A DNA stretch of 64,000 nt from a virus. The stretch lies in IMG/VR virus record IMGVR_UViG_3300021599_000885. One strand, given 5' to 3'. The notes under the pieces were generated by a model. It did not search any database and had not been told where the DNA came from. It saw nothing but the letters and a program-made list of their open reading frames with translations. Shown piece after piece: positions 36,227 through 46,331 of the stretch (its first letter is position 1; each line of letters opens with the position of its first letter). The translations under genes and the position numbers were made by a program.

Positions 36227-36269
36227 TTTCTTTTGATTAACTTTGGTATAATCTATATTTATTTATAAA

Positions 36270-36920
36270 TCAGAGATTTGATAAGAATTCGTTGAAAAGA
36301 TTTAACTTATACTCTTCAAGCATTCTTTGATCGACAAGAGTATTAATACGTCTTTTTGTATTCTCTGCGAGTTGTTCACGAAGGATACCACCTTCCCAAA
36401 CCCACTCTTTACCTTCCATAATTCCATTGACGAAAGCATCAGGAGCGGAAGGATCGGCAACGATATCAGCAGCAGTTGCTAACTGGAAATCTTCACCAAC
36501 AATCTTGTGACCTTCGTTGGTCATTCTAAGTGAACCAACACCACGAGAAGAAACGCCAAGCATAACGCCAGACTCAAGAAGTGACTTAGCGATTTTGCCC
36601 ATTGGGGTTTCAAGAATCTGTGCCTTACCTACAAAGTTATTACCTTCTTGGTTGAGGCAAGTGATCTTGTGTGAAACACGATCAAGATTAACGGTAGGAC
36701 CATCTGGGTGACCAAGTTCGCCAAGAGCACGACCCTTACAGACGAAATTTTCGTTATAACGGGTTACTTCTTTAGAAAGAGTATCGATGGGGTACATTCT
36801 CCCATTGCGATTCTTGATCTCACCTTGAAGAAATACACCTTCGATGTATAACCTCTTGTTAGGACCTTTACCTTCGGTGATAACTTTTACGTTAGTTACT
36901 TCTTCTGTGATTAGTTTCAT
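36270..36920 (-). CDS. gp21: Prohead protease gp21
   Basis: NRNGRMY, GELGHP, GVSSRGVGS, DIVADPSAPDA. Confidence 0.96.
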   Translation of the reverse strand: MKLITEEVTNVKVITEGKGPNKRLYIEGVFLQGEIKNRNGRMYPIDTLSKEVTRYNENFVCKGRALGELGHPDGPTVNLDRVSHKITCLNQEGNNFVGKAQILETPMGKIAKSLLESGVMLGVSSRGVGSLRMTNEGHKIVGEDFQLATAADIVADPSAPDAFVNGIMEGKEWVWEGGILREQLAENTKRRINTLVDQRMLEEYKLNLFNEFLSNL

Positions 36921-36924
36921 TTGT

Positions 36925-37194
36925 TTACCCAGTAAAACCTACTTTTGCACCTTTTACAGTATCAGCACTAGCAAATACGCAATATGATGGTTGCTTCTCA
37001 AGATACTCTACAGAGTTTGGAGGCATGGTCATTGAACCAATACCATTTCCACTTTGCGTCTCAACAACAGTAACTAATGCTGCACTTGCGGAGTTATTAA
37101 CAAGACGGACAACAGTAGCATTACTAAAACTAGTTGCAGTTCCTGTTGTAATTGGCAGATTAATTTCATCCGCCAAAAGCAAAGTTCTTGCCAT
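36925..37194 (-). CDS. Hypothetical protein
   Basis: 89-aa ORF in the head operon. Confidence 0.7.
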   Translation of the reverse strand: MARTLLLADEINLPITTGTATSFSNATVVRLVNNSASAALVTVVETQSGNGIGSMTMPPNSVEYLEKQPSYCVFASADTVKGAKVGFTG

Positions 37195-37376
37195 TATTCT
37201 TGATCCTCTTGTGATTCTTGTTCAGTTTCATATTCATCGCCAAACAAAGATGCCGCTACAATAGGTCTAGCAACATCAATTTTTTCAGCGGCTTTTGCGA
37301 ATAATGCACTTTTAATAGCATCAGAAACATCCGATGCTTTTGCATCTGTCGCAATCAAATCGATAATATTATCCAT
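37194..37376 (-). CDS. Small acidic prohead-core-like protein (gp67 position)
   Basis: Directly after the portal gene; acidic tail. Confidence 0.6.
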   Translation of the reverse strand: MDNIIDLIATDAKASDVSDAIKSALFAKAAEKIDVARPIVAASLFGDEYETEQESQEDQE

Positions 37377-37404
37377 GAAATGTTATAGTGTATATATTGT
37401 ATAT

Positions 37405-39081
37405 TTATATCTCTGCTTTTTTAGCGTCCTTTTGCATTTGAGCATCTACATCTGATGCATCCTGTTCCATATCTGGTTCAGTTGGAACCTGACCCAAATC
37501 TCCACCTTGAGGTAGAGGCTCTCCTGTAATTGGATCAATCATTGAAGGATCTGGAATGATACCTTTTTGAATCTCATCTTCAATCTGCGTATCAATTTCA
37601 ATGATTTCAGCATCAGTTTGTCTGAGAATTTTCTTTCTTACATATTCAGTAGAGTAATACTTGCCAATGTAAGGTTCGATAGTTGCAAGGTTTCCGAGTC
37701 TACTTTGAAGTAGTTCTGCTTCTTTTAGTTCGGCAAATTGATTATCATACAGGAAATCATACTGAATATGATCAGACATAATCTCCCAGTCTTCGGGAGT
37801 AACAATATTTTTGAGAATCAATTGCGTTCTCAGCATATCGTTGAACATCTGAGAGAATCTCTTTCTCAGACGACCAACAAACTTAGCAAACTTAAGTTCG
37901 TCTCTCAGAATTTCAGAAGAACGACCAAGATTGAATCCACCATCAGCAGCGATTCTTGACTCAGGAACACCAAGTGCTCTATATAGTTTCTTTTGGAAAT
38001 ACTCAATATCGGCAAGTTCTCCTAAGTTTTGTCCACCAGGAAGTGTGGTAATTTCTGTACCACGACCACCCTCTCTTCTTGGAAGCCAGAAGTCTTCCAT
38101 CATGGACATAAACTTACGGTCATCACGGATTTCTCCAGTTGAAGCGTCGTAGGCAAGTTTATTTCTGTAGCGAGACATAACCTCTTTCAGGTATTGCTCT
38201 GCCTTTACCTTAGGTAGGTTACCAACGTCAATATAGAAAATACGACGCTCTGGTGCTCTAGACAATCTATAGATAACCAAAGAATCTTCAATCATACGAA
38301 GTTGATTGAGTGCTTTGATTGCCTTATGCATATAAGACAATACTGTTCCTTTGTTCCTATCTACAAGACCAGAACTACAATATACAATGGAGTCCTTAGC
38401 AATTTTTACACCTTTTACTTTACCACCGGCACCACTGAAAGTTCCGCTTGGATAATTTGGTTTTGGTGTATAAACAAAATACTCTTCAATTTGTGGTTCT
38501 ATTATCTGATCGGAATTATTTTTTCCTCCCATTGCAGCATTAGCAATAGCAAGACCGCGCTTGTCCTCTTTCTTTTCCTGACGGACAAACTTCATTTTCA
38601 TTGGGTCAATGTATCTCAAGTCCTGAATACCTGCCTGAGGATTCTTGAGGTCAATGACTTTCAAATAGTAAAGTCTTCCGTCAACATACCAATTTCTAAA
38701 AATTTCATGGCACTTCTTATCGAAGTCCATTATTTCTTTGAGATATCTAAACTCGTCTCTAATTACCTGTTTCAGTCTATCACTAGCATTCAAGTTTGAG
38801 AGCTCAATCTCAACTGGAGAATCATAAAGATCGCTAACGATGGCTTCATTCACAACATCTTCAATGGCTCCATCACACTCTGGGTGAAGAGCCATTTCAC
38901 GATATCTTTTAATTAAATCATGCTCAGTTCTATAGACACCTTCAATATCAAGATAATGCCCATAAAAACCACTACTAATATAGTTATCAACCCCGTCCTC
39001 ATTAGTTTGAGGAACGGGGGAAATAACTGAAGGTGGTTTACTTTGGTCGCCGTCAATAGAAAAACCAAAAAGTCGTGCCAT
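37405..39081 (-). CDS. gp20: Portal protein gp20
   Basis: WYVDGR, RAPERRIFYIDVGNLPK, EDFWLPRREGGRGTEITTLPGG. Confidence 0.97.
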   Translation of the reverse strand: MARLFGFSIDGDQSKPPSVISPVPQTNEDGVDNYISSGFYGHYLDIEGVYRTEHDLIKRYREMALHPECDGAIEDVVNEAIVSDLYDSPVEIELSNLNASDRLKQVIRDEFRYLKEIMDFDKKCHEIFRNWYVDGRLYYLKVIDLKNPQAGIQDLRYIDPMKMKFVRQEKKEDKRGLAIANAAMGGKNNSDQIIEPQIEEYFVYTPKPNYPSGTFSGAGGKVKGVKIAKDSIVYCSSGLVDRNKGTVLSYMHKAIKALNQLRMIEDSLVIYRLSRAPERRIFYIDVGNLPKVKAEQYLKEVMSRYRNKLAYDASTGEIRDDRKFMSMMEDFWLPRREGGRGTEITTLPGGQNLGELADIEYFQKKLYRALGVPESRIAADGGFNLGRSSEILRDELKFAKFVGRLRKRFSQMFNDMLRTQLILKNIVTPEDWEIMSDHIQYDFLYDNQFAELKEAELLQSRLGNLATIEPYIGKYYSTEYVRKKILRQTDAEIIEIDTQIEDEIQKGIIPDPSMIDPITGEPLPQGGDLGQVPTEPDMEQDASDVDAQMQKDAKKAEI

Positions 39082-39110
39082 CGTATAACTGTTTGCTTAT
39101 TATTGACTAT

Positions 39111-39710
39111 TTAGTTGATGTCTTCACCACCAGCATTTGCAGCATTACCTCTTACTGCTTCCCACCAGAGAACTTGGAGTTCAACAGTAAACTCTTGAAT
39201 AACACCAGTACTATCATATGATAGATCAATAGGTGCAACTTGAGTTGGGAAAACATCATAGAAATGATACTTTCTCAGGGTGCCGCCGTTACGATCAAGT
39301 TGGTAGATGTAAGCATCTGCCTGATAATCTGCTGGATTGGTTAGACCAGTGTTATCAGATACTCTATTTACAGTATTCATCCACTTTTCGAAAGCGGAAC
39401 GAATAGCAAAGTCAGTATCGTTGATAACAGTGATTGTCCAAGTATCGAATGTACGATCTCCTGCTACTTTGAGGATTCTTCCTCTGAAAGGAACCTCAAT
39501 AGGAGCAACATTGGATGCTGGAAGGTTTGCTGCCTTAACAAGGAAACGTGCCTTGTTAAGGATATCATTCAAACCATCAACTTGAACTGTGCTTGGGAAT
39601 GAAAGCTCAACCTCAAAGAGGTTAGAGCGAGCACCGCCACCAGTCAGCTTACTCTTGAAGTCAGTAATCTTTCTTAGTGGGGGTGGATTAAGTTGATTTC
39701 TAGTTGCCAT
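39111..39710 (-). CDS. gp19: Tail tube protein gp19
   Basis: GGGARSNLFEV, FRGRILKVAGDRTFDTWTITV. Confidence 0.95.
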   Translation of the reverse strand: MATRNQLNPPPLRKITDFKSKLTGGGARSNLFEVELSFPSTVQVDGLNDILNKARFLVKAANLPASNVAPIEVPFRGRILKVAGDRTFDTWTITVINDTDFAIRSAFEKWMNTVNRVSDNTGLTNPADYQADAYIYQLDRNGGTLRKYHFYDVFPTQVAPIDLSYDSTGVIQEFTVELQVLWWEAVRGNAANAGGEDIN

Positions 39711-39747
39711 TTTTGTTTGCCTCTAAGGTTGATTAATCAAATAATTA

Positions 39748-41934
39748 TCAGACGTTACCGATGACTTCCGAGAAGGAAACCCCAGTTCTGGTGGCGACAA
39801 AGGTTAGACCGATGAAGTTGATCGATCTGTTTGGTTTGATGTAGATATCAGCAACAAACTCGTTGTTGTCGATAACAGCAGCAGTATTATTTGTTTCATC
39901 ACAAATAACGACATAATCAAAGATTCCTCTCTTAGCCTGGACATCGCGGAGGAATGGTTCAACAATATTTACAAAGTTGGTTCTTGTGATCTCATCGTTG
40001 AACTCGAACAGTTGATCCCTAGCGGCAGCAGCAATTGCTTGCTCCAGATAGATGAAGAGGCGGCGAACGTTGATTCTATCGAACGCTGAAGACTTGGCGA
40101 AACCAGTCTTATCACCAAATAGAACGATACCATCACCAGGCGAGAAGATAACAGGGTTGATTCTGTTAGAATACAACTTATCTCTTTGGACCTTGCTTGG
40201 GTTGTAGGTCAACTTAACAGCGTTGAGGATAGCACCTCTAGCAGTACCAGCAGGTGAGAACCATGGGAAGTTGTTGAGGTCGTTTCTAGCACACAGACCA
40301 GCAATATCACCATTTAGTGGGATATAACGGAAGGCATCAGAGAATCTATCATAAGTGTACTTATAACCACTATCAAATACAGCGTAGGATGATGAAGTGA
40401 TAGGAGCGTAGAAACTCAGAACATTATCGGTAATATCAGAGTCCGAGTTAACCGTTACTGAACCAACAGCACTATCGTTAAGGAACGCTAGTCTGTATGG
40501 TGAGATGAATGCGATAGCATCTTGTCTTGCTTCAGCAACTGCAATGAGTTTATTAGCAAGAGCTTGTGCAGTCTCCTTAGCATAATTTGCTGAACCCATC
40601 AACAGGAAGTCAATATCATAGTTATCGGTATTCTCAAAGATACCATAACCAGAAGATAATTTGGAGAGAGTTGAAGTTAGAGCACCAGACGAGGTGAGGT
40701 CTGTTCCATCATCATAGTTCTTACCACCACCTAGGGTGTAAGTGTTGCTTCCAGAAGCTGCAAAGTTAACTCCATCAGCATCTTGATCCCAACCGATGTC
40801 GCTAGCAAGAGTAAAGTTGCTGCTAAACGCTGTTGTTGTAATACCAGCAGGAGCAGAACCACCAAAGACGTTTGTTGAAACGTTATAAAGATACTTTCTC
40901 CAGTAAGAAGAAGAACCTACAGAGTACTCGGCATCCTTTGCCTTGGAAAGTGCAACGTGCTTCTCAAGAATAGTACCAGCGTTTCCACTTACGGTTCCTT
41001 TGTCGTCAATAACAACAACATGGATTTCGTCGAATCTTGAGTTTCTAGCAGCAGCATAAGATGAAGTTGCAGGTCTATCAACGAGTGTATTCCAAGCAAT
41101 GGTTGCTCCACTAGAAAGAGAAATGGTTTGTTGGTCAAACCAATCTTGTCTTGAGGTGTATGCCGTTTGACCTACTGCCGTTGTCTGACCAGTGGTGTGG
41201 ATAGCAACAGAACCAGATGATGAGAAAGCATAAACACCAGCAGGTTGATAGTCAACCGAAGTCTCAGTTCCAGCAGCAGAAACGTGTGATAGAACTTTAA
41301 CTTGAAGTGAGTATGGTGAGTCTGAAGTTCCAGAACCACTAATACCTGTGACGATTCCCTTTAGATAACCATCAAGGGTGCTGGTTGAACCAGAACCTGG
41401 TAGGGTGGATGAAATTGCCTGTGTGATACCATATCCAACAGAAATAGTTGGAACTGTAGCACTTGTTTGAACGCCAGCAATAATTTGATCTGCTTTAGCG
41501 TCAATAGTGGCGACTCTAACGCCATTTGCCCAAGAACCAGGGTTTCTAGCAGTAAAGGTTACTCCACTGATAGTGTTCTCCTGATAACCTAACTGACCAT
41601 AATGTTCAGTACTCTTAATCTTGATACTAGATGCTGTTCCAACAAAAGCATTTGTAAGAGCATTATCGTCTGCTCTAACAACTTGAAGATTACCACCATA
41701 CGCTAAGTATGAAGAGGCAACCATCCAATGCTCATAGTGCTTGTCGGTATTGTATGGCTCACCGAAATTCTTCAGTAGATCGGCTTCATCGCCAACAAGA
41801 ACAGGTACATCGACTGGTCCCTTAGCAAAGGGAGCAACCAGAGCACCTACTGCACCATTAGTAGCATCAACTCTACCAACAGTGAGGTCAACCTCTCTTA
41901 CTACAATTCCAGGAGATGCTAAATTTAGCGGCAT
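39748..41934 (-). CDS. gp18: Tail sheath protein gp18
   Basis: SPGIVVREVD, WFSPAG, FDRINVRRLF, KPNRSINFI. Confidence 0.96.
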   Translation of the reverse strand: MPLNLASPGIVVREVDLTVGRVDATNGAVGALVAPFAKGPVDVPVLVGDEADLLKNFGEPYNTDKHYEHWMVASSYLAYGGNLQVVRADDNALTNAFVGTASSIKIKSTEHYGQLGYQENTISGVTFTARNPGSWANGVRVATIDAKADQIIAGVQTSATVPTISVGYGITQAISSTLPGSGSTSTLDGYLKGIVTGISGSGTSDSPYSLQVKVLSHVSAAGTETSVDYQPAGVYAFSSSGSVAIHTTGQTTAVGQTAYTSRQDWFDQQTISLSSGATIAWNTLVDRPATSSYAAARNSRFDEIHVVVIDDKGTVSGNAGTILEKHVALSKAKDAEYSVGSSSYWRKYLYNVSTNVFGGSAPAGITTTAFSSNFTLASDIGWDQDADGVNFAASGSNTYTLGGGKNYDDGTDLTSSGALTSTLSKLSSGYGIFENTDNYDIDFLLMGSANYAKETAQALANKLIAVAEARQDAIAFISPYRLAFLNDSAVGSVTVNSDSDITDNVLSFYAPITSSSYAVFDSGYKYTYDRFSDAFRYIPLNGDIAGLCARNDLNNFPWFSPAGTARGAILNAVKLTYNPSKVQRDKLYSNRINPVIFSPGDGIVLFGDKTGFAKSSAFDRINVRRLFIYLEQAIAAAARDQLFEFNDEITRTNFVNIVEPFLRDVQAKRGIFDYVVICDETNNTAAVIDNNEFVADIYIKPNRSINFIGLTFVATRTGVSFSEVIGNV

Positions 41935-42016
41935 CTTCTATTCTCCTTAGTCCAGAATTATTCTAGAAATATTTATTAAAAAGTGTCCTTTGAATGGGGA
42001 AACAGTGCGTGAACCG

Positions 42017-42247
42017 CTACCAGTCAGGATATTCCCACAGTTCTGTTGGTGTTGGTCTTTTCTTATTTGATAAAACTCTCTTCTTAGTACATTCCTTACA
42101 TTCATAAGAATAGGCAGAAGGTAAAGCACCCCTGCCTTTTCTAGTTAGATAAAAGTCATCTATCAAATTTTTTATTTCTCCACAAATCCTACACTCCCTA
42201 TCAAAAAGAAGTATGTGTTCTAGATTTATTTGATCTTCTAAGTCCAT
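42017..42247 (-). CDS. Small Zn-finger protein
   Basis: CRIC...FY...CKEC; likely start MDLEDQ, coupled to the gp17 stop. Confidence 0.7.
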   Translation of the reverse strand: MDLEDQINLEHILLFDRECRICGEIKNLIDDFYLTRKGRGALPSAYSYECKECTKKRVLSNKKRPTPTELWEYPDW

Positions 42248-43893
42248 TAATAATATTCCCACATATAAGATCTATCACCATACTCATCGGTATGCCATCT
42301 ATCTCCATCACTATCAACAAAAGTGCTTTCATCCAAACCATCCAATATAAATCCAAATGGAGCCATATCTTGTTCTATTTGATTTTTTTGCTCTTCATAA
42401 ATTCTTTTACGAATATCATTATCGGTCATCTCTTTGAAGTATTCTTGTGCTACCAACCAAGAAAATATAACCAAGCACATCGCTAGGTCATCATTACATC
42501 CTTCCTCTGCCTCAAAGGAATTATGTCTTTGAGCAAATGTTGTAAGTTCCGATATAATATCGTAATCTACAGTCAATAACTTATCATCCTCCATAAGAGT
42601 TTTTAGGTTAGAGCAACCCAACTTCTTCACTGCTGCAGTCATTCTTACACCCATCTGCGATTTCTTACCAGAGAAACCATGCCCGATAACTTGTCCGGCA
42701 CGACCTCTCATTGCAGCCATAAGCATATTTTCATATTCTAAATCATAGTGTAAAATATTAGCAACTTGTTCCCCAATATCATTAACCTCGATAAGTAACC
42801 AAGCATTATTATATCCCTTAGCAACATCGATAATAACACTTGGAAATAACATTGGTTTTATTTCATTATTTCTATACTTCGCCACTACCTTATATGGAAA
42901 CTGTGTGATATCAAAAATAATAAATGCAGAGTAATCATTTCCAAGACCACGAGCAACGTCTACGGTGATTAAATAATTGTGCTCTTCCCGTGGTTTTTCA
43001 TAAACGTCTAATCCGGCATTCCTTTTTATTGGATTTTCATAAACAAGATTTCTAAGTTTTGATGGGTTGATGAGAGTGTTGACTGATCCTAAGAATTCAC
43101 ACTCAAACTCAACCTTGAATTGTTGTTCTGAGGTGTTAGCAATAGTTTGCTCTTTCCATGCATCATCTCTACCGGGAACTTCTGACCAGTGAACATCAGT
43201 GGGAACATATTCATTTTTATTTCTTTCCGCATCATGCCACATGCGGTAGAAATGGTTCATACCCCTAGGGGTAGAAACAATAATTACCTTTGTGCTCTGT
43301 CCAGAAGAAATAGTAGGATAAACAGAGGCAAAGAAGTCATCAGCAATGTGATTTGGGATGAACGCGAACTCGTCGAGAAAGATGACATTATAGGATCCGC
43401 CTCGGACAGCAGATGACGAAGTAGAGTTAGACGAAATTTTGGAGCCATTTTCTAATTCTAAAGATCCTTTATTCCATGATATAATACCCTGCTGCATCCA
43501 CTTCGGCAAGTTTTCATAAGCAAGTTGTAATCTTCCTAGAAGATCTCTAGCAGTAGATGCTTTGTTGGCTAGAATAGCTATATTAACATTGTCGTTGAAA
43601 ACAGCATAATGTAACAAATATGAAACACAAGTCGTAGATTTACCCGTCTGACGGGGCATTTTACAGATATTAAATCTATTTTTGTGGAAATTACTAATCA
43701 GTTTCTCTTGGAATGGGTACATCTCAAAAGGCACCAGACCATGATCAAGCGACACGATCTTGATATAATTTCTAGCAAAATAAACTGGATCTTCTTTACA
43801 CTTTAAGAACTCAATAATTCTATCTTCAGTCCATTCAATGGGAGTATTAGCTTTTTTGAGCAGAGGATTGCCCAAATAAACATCACTAGACAT
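42247..43893 (-). CDS. gp17: Terminase large subunit gp17
   Basis: YLGNPLLKK, PRQTGKST, FLDEFAF, VSTP, DVARG, NDDL; start ATG at 43893 or 43899. Confidence 0.97.
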   Translation of the reverse strand: MSSDVYLGNPLLKKANTPIEWTEDRIIEFLKCKEDPVYFARNYIKIVSLDHGLVPFEMYPFQEKLISNFHKNRFNICKMPRQTGKSTTCVSYLLHYAVFNDNVNIAILANKASTARDLLGRLQLAYENLPKWMQQGIISWNKGSLELENGSKISSNSTSSSAVRGGSYNVIFLDEFAFIPNHIADDFFASVYPTISSGQSTKVIIVSTPRGMNHFYRMWHDAERNKNEYVPTDVHWSEVPGRDDAWKEQTIANTSEQQFKVEFECEFLGSVNTLINPSKLRNLVYENPIKRNAGLDVYEKPREEHNYLITVDVARGLGNDYSAFIIFDITQFPYKVVAKYRNNEIKPMLFPSVIIDVAKGYNNAWLLIEVNDIGEQVANILHYDLEYENMLMAAMRGRAGQVIGHGFSGKKSQMGVRMTAAVKKLGCSNLKTLMEDDKLLTVDYDIISELTTFAQRHNSFEAEEGCNDDLAMCLVIFSWLVAQEYFKEMTDNDIRKRIYEEQKNQIEQDMAPFGFILDGLDESTFVDSDGDRWHTDEYGDRSYMWEYY

Positions 43894-44371
43894 ATTCATA
43901 CCCCCTTTCTGGACCCCAATGTTTCATTCTGTAAGATAATCCCTGTATCGTTATACCTACATCATCTGCTGCCTCTTGTTGAGAAATATATATTTTTCCA
44001 TTTATAGAAACTTTTTTGCTATTGGGGTGCTTCTCTCCACCCTCATACTTATGGCCAAAAGAGCGACCTTTCAGTGCCTCGCTTTTCTTTCTACAAGTTT
44101 CTTTACTATGCTTCCTACCAATATTTTTTTGAGTTGCCTTATTTAAATTTTCCATAAACCAAGCATCATTGTGCCACCCACACTTATGTATCTCTCTACT
44201 ACAAACATATAAATGCTCTGGTATATCTTTTCCACCTTCACATCTTGGTGGGAAATGATGAACATCCATACCTCTCATCTGTTCCCAAGTTAATCCCCAA
44301 TTTTTTCGAGCAATATTTCTTACTGTTTTAGGACTTAACCTTTCCCTTGGAACTTTAATAATAGCAGACAC
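43886..44371 (-). CDS. HNH homing endonuclease with NUMOD3-like and HTH-like DNA-binding modules
   Basis: DVHHFPPRCEGGKDIPEHLYVCSREIH; GRKHSKETCRKKSEALKG; INGKIYISQQEAADDVGI. Confidence 0.85.
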   Translation of the reverse strand: MSAIIKVPRERLSPKTVRNIARKNWGLTWEQMRGMDVHHFPPRCEGGKDIPEHLYVCSREIHKCGWHNDAWFMENLNKATQKNIGRKHSKETCRKKSEALKGRSFGHKYEGGEKHPNSKKVSINGKIYISQQEAADDVGITIQGLSYRMKHWGPERGYEYV

Positions 44372-44392
44372 ATTTCAATCCCAATCTAAAAA

Positions 44393-44400
44393 TATTTATA
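44393..44400 (-). promoter_or_regulatory. Late promoter TATAAATA at the start of the HNH cassette
   Basis: tatttata on the + strand, overlapping the stop of the gp17 stub. Confidence 0.75.
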
Positions 44401-44419
44401 CAAGATAGACTTCACTCAT
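44396..44419 (-). pseudogene. Orphaned 5' stub of gp17 (MSEVYLV*)
   Basis: AAGGAG RBS then ATG AGT GAA GTC TAT CTT G, matching the current gp17 start MSSDVYLG. Confidence 0.65.
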
Positions 44420-44433
44420 AACGAAACTCCTTT

Positions 44434-46017
44434 TTAATCTTCTACATAAATGAACGAAGCACTAGCAGCAGTAATATTAGATGTTGATGAAATTACTGCG
44501 GTTATAAAACTATTTGGTGGAACATGAAGTCCAATTTCAGATAAATCAACATCAATGGTTGAGTTATCTGATACATGAAAAGCAGCAATAGGAGGTATTG
44601 ATTGTGCTGCTAATGTAAATAATCCAGTGCTATCTTGAGTTGCATAAAGTGATGCATTAAAATCACTTTGAGTAGTCCATCTCAAATAATTTGTAAGAAC
44701 TGGGTTCCAATATATGCGAATAACTGCTGGGTCTCCTGTTGTATTTACTGATGCAGTAAGTCTTCTAGGAAGTAAATCTCTTGTATTAATCTTACCTTGA
44801 TAAACAAGTTTATTTTTAAGAGAAATGAGATGATATAAAGAACCAGGAGTGTTCATACTATCATTTCTGGTTGTAGTCACTGAATATGGAAGTTTTGTTC
44901 TTTCAACAATACCTTCAATCGCACCAAGGAAAGAAGAACCTCTACAAGTAACAACACCTACACCACCACCTAGATTTGCAGCAACATATCCAATCTTCAT
45001 TGATGGATTGTCTAGGTGTGGTAGTTGGTTTCTATTTGAATAATGTTCGTGATGGAAGAAAATCATATCCCCATTTAGAGGATTTTCAATCGCATATCTA
45101 ATCTCACCAGAACCTAACCAACGGAAGTTGATTTGATATACATTTAACTTAGATGGGTCTAGAGTAATACCAGAATATCCAGTTCCATCAAGTTTATCTA
45201 AATTAAAATCTTCTTGGAAAGTCCAGTTTTCTGTTTGTACTACCCCTGCCTGTCTTAATAATGCATTAAAAGATATTGTTGCGGTGCTTGTAATATCAAA
45301 AGTTCCAGTTTGAGGTCCAAGAGATGTTGCTAAAAATCTTAATCTTGATTGGTCATATTCAACCAAATACAAAGCATTAAAGAGTGCTTGTGCTCTTAAT
45401 CCTTGTGCGAGTTGAGAAAGATTTCCTGCAAGTGTTCCTGAATTTACTGTTACCGCAGTAAAAGAAGTTCCATTCAGAGTGACTGTTACATTTCCATTAT
45501 CAAGTGTGGTGAAGTCATAACCCTGAATTCTTGCTTTACCACCATTTGCACGAAGAACACCAAACTTCCCATTGGTGTGTGCATATCCAATTTGAATTGC
45601 TTGTTCTTGATTGAATAGTCCTGCTCTTTGTGTAAATCCTACTGGGTTATTTGAGAACGAACCAGTAAATCTGCAAACAACACCTTGTCCTGGACGGTAT
45701 CTAATAAAGTTCGTACTTCTGATTACACCATAAGAATTTGCAGAAGAACCAGCACCAACTATAAATGTAGAGTTTGCATGAGTAGCAATTCCTGTTGCAC
45801 TGAATGTATATGTCTCAAACTCTCTTGGGTCTAATCCATAGACAGCATCTGCCTGAATTTTTGGTGTAATTGGGACTGCAATATTCTCACCAAAAGCAGA
45901 TTTAGAACAAGCACCTTCATTTAGAATATTTCCATACTCATCAGCACGGAGATAAACTTCGTGAAGTGTTCTTTCTTGATTTAAGTAGTCTTGTGTAGAC
46001 TTATTCCACTGAGCCAT
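44434..46017 (-). CDS. Probable virion structural protein
   Basis: 527 aa, beta-rich, in the late head/packaging cluster; RYRPGQG and FRWLGSG motifs. Confidence 0.6.
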   Translation of the reverse strand: MAQWNKSTQDYLNQERTLHEVYLRADEYGNILNEGACSKSAFGENIAVPITPKIQADAVYGLDPREFETYTFSATGIATHANSTFIVGAGSSANSYGVIRSTNFIRYRPGQGVVCRFTGSFSNNPVGFTQRAGLFNQEQAIQIGYAHTNGKFGVLRANGGKARIQGYDFTTLDNGNVTVTLNGTSFTAVTVNSGTLAGNLSQLAQGLRAQALFNALYLVEYDQSRLRFLATSLGPQTGTFDITSTATISFNALLRQAGVVQTENWTFQEDFNLDKLDGTGYSGITLDPSKLNVYQINFRWLGSGEIRYAIENPLNGDMIFFHHEHYSNRNQLPHLDNPSMKIGYVAANLGGGVGVVTCRGSSFLGAIEGIVERTKLPYSVTTTRNDSMNTPGSLYHLISLKNKLVYQGKINTRDLLPRRLTASVNTTGDPAVIRIYWNPVLTNYLRWTTQSDFNASLYATQDSTGLFTLAAQSIPPIAAFHVSDNSTIDVDLSEIGLHVPPNSFITAVISSTSNITAASASFIYVED

Positions 46018-46331
46018 TATTCACTCCACGATAATCTTTCTGGTTGATACCTCTGAGAACTCTTAATTTTTAAAGAACTTTGAGATTGTGATGGATAGAT
46101 ATTGTGAACAATCGCACCAGGATATTCTCCTTGAAGTTGTTCAGCGAGAGCGTTCTTATCCATCATAGAACCTTCAACCTCAAGACGATACATCTTTCCT
46201 TCCCAAACTACATCAGCAAAGAAAGACTCACTTGCGGTCTCTGGTTCTTGTGAACCACCTACATTTAAAGTTCCATTAAAATCACCATTGATGGTGATGC
46301 TTTCTTGTAAAAACTGTTGAAAACTTTTCAT
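46017..46331 (-). CDS. Hypothetical protein with capsid-targeting-like N-terminus
   Basis: MKSFQQFLQE start. Confidence 0.7.
   Translation of the reverse strand: MKSFQQFLQESITINGDFNGTLNVGGSQEPETASESFFADVVWEGKMYRLEVEGSMMDKNALAEQLQGEYPGAIVHNIYPSQSQSSLKIKSSQRYQPERLSWSE

Noticed and set aside
43886-44419. Group I intron or gene-60-style ribosomal bypass in gp17
   Set aside because: The insert is almost entirely HNH coding sequence with no room for a ribozyme core; gp17 has its own complete start downstream; no matched take-off and landing codons are evident across about 500 nt.
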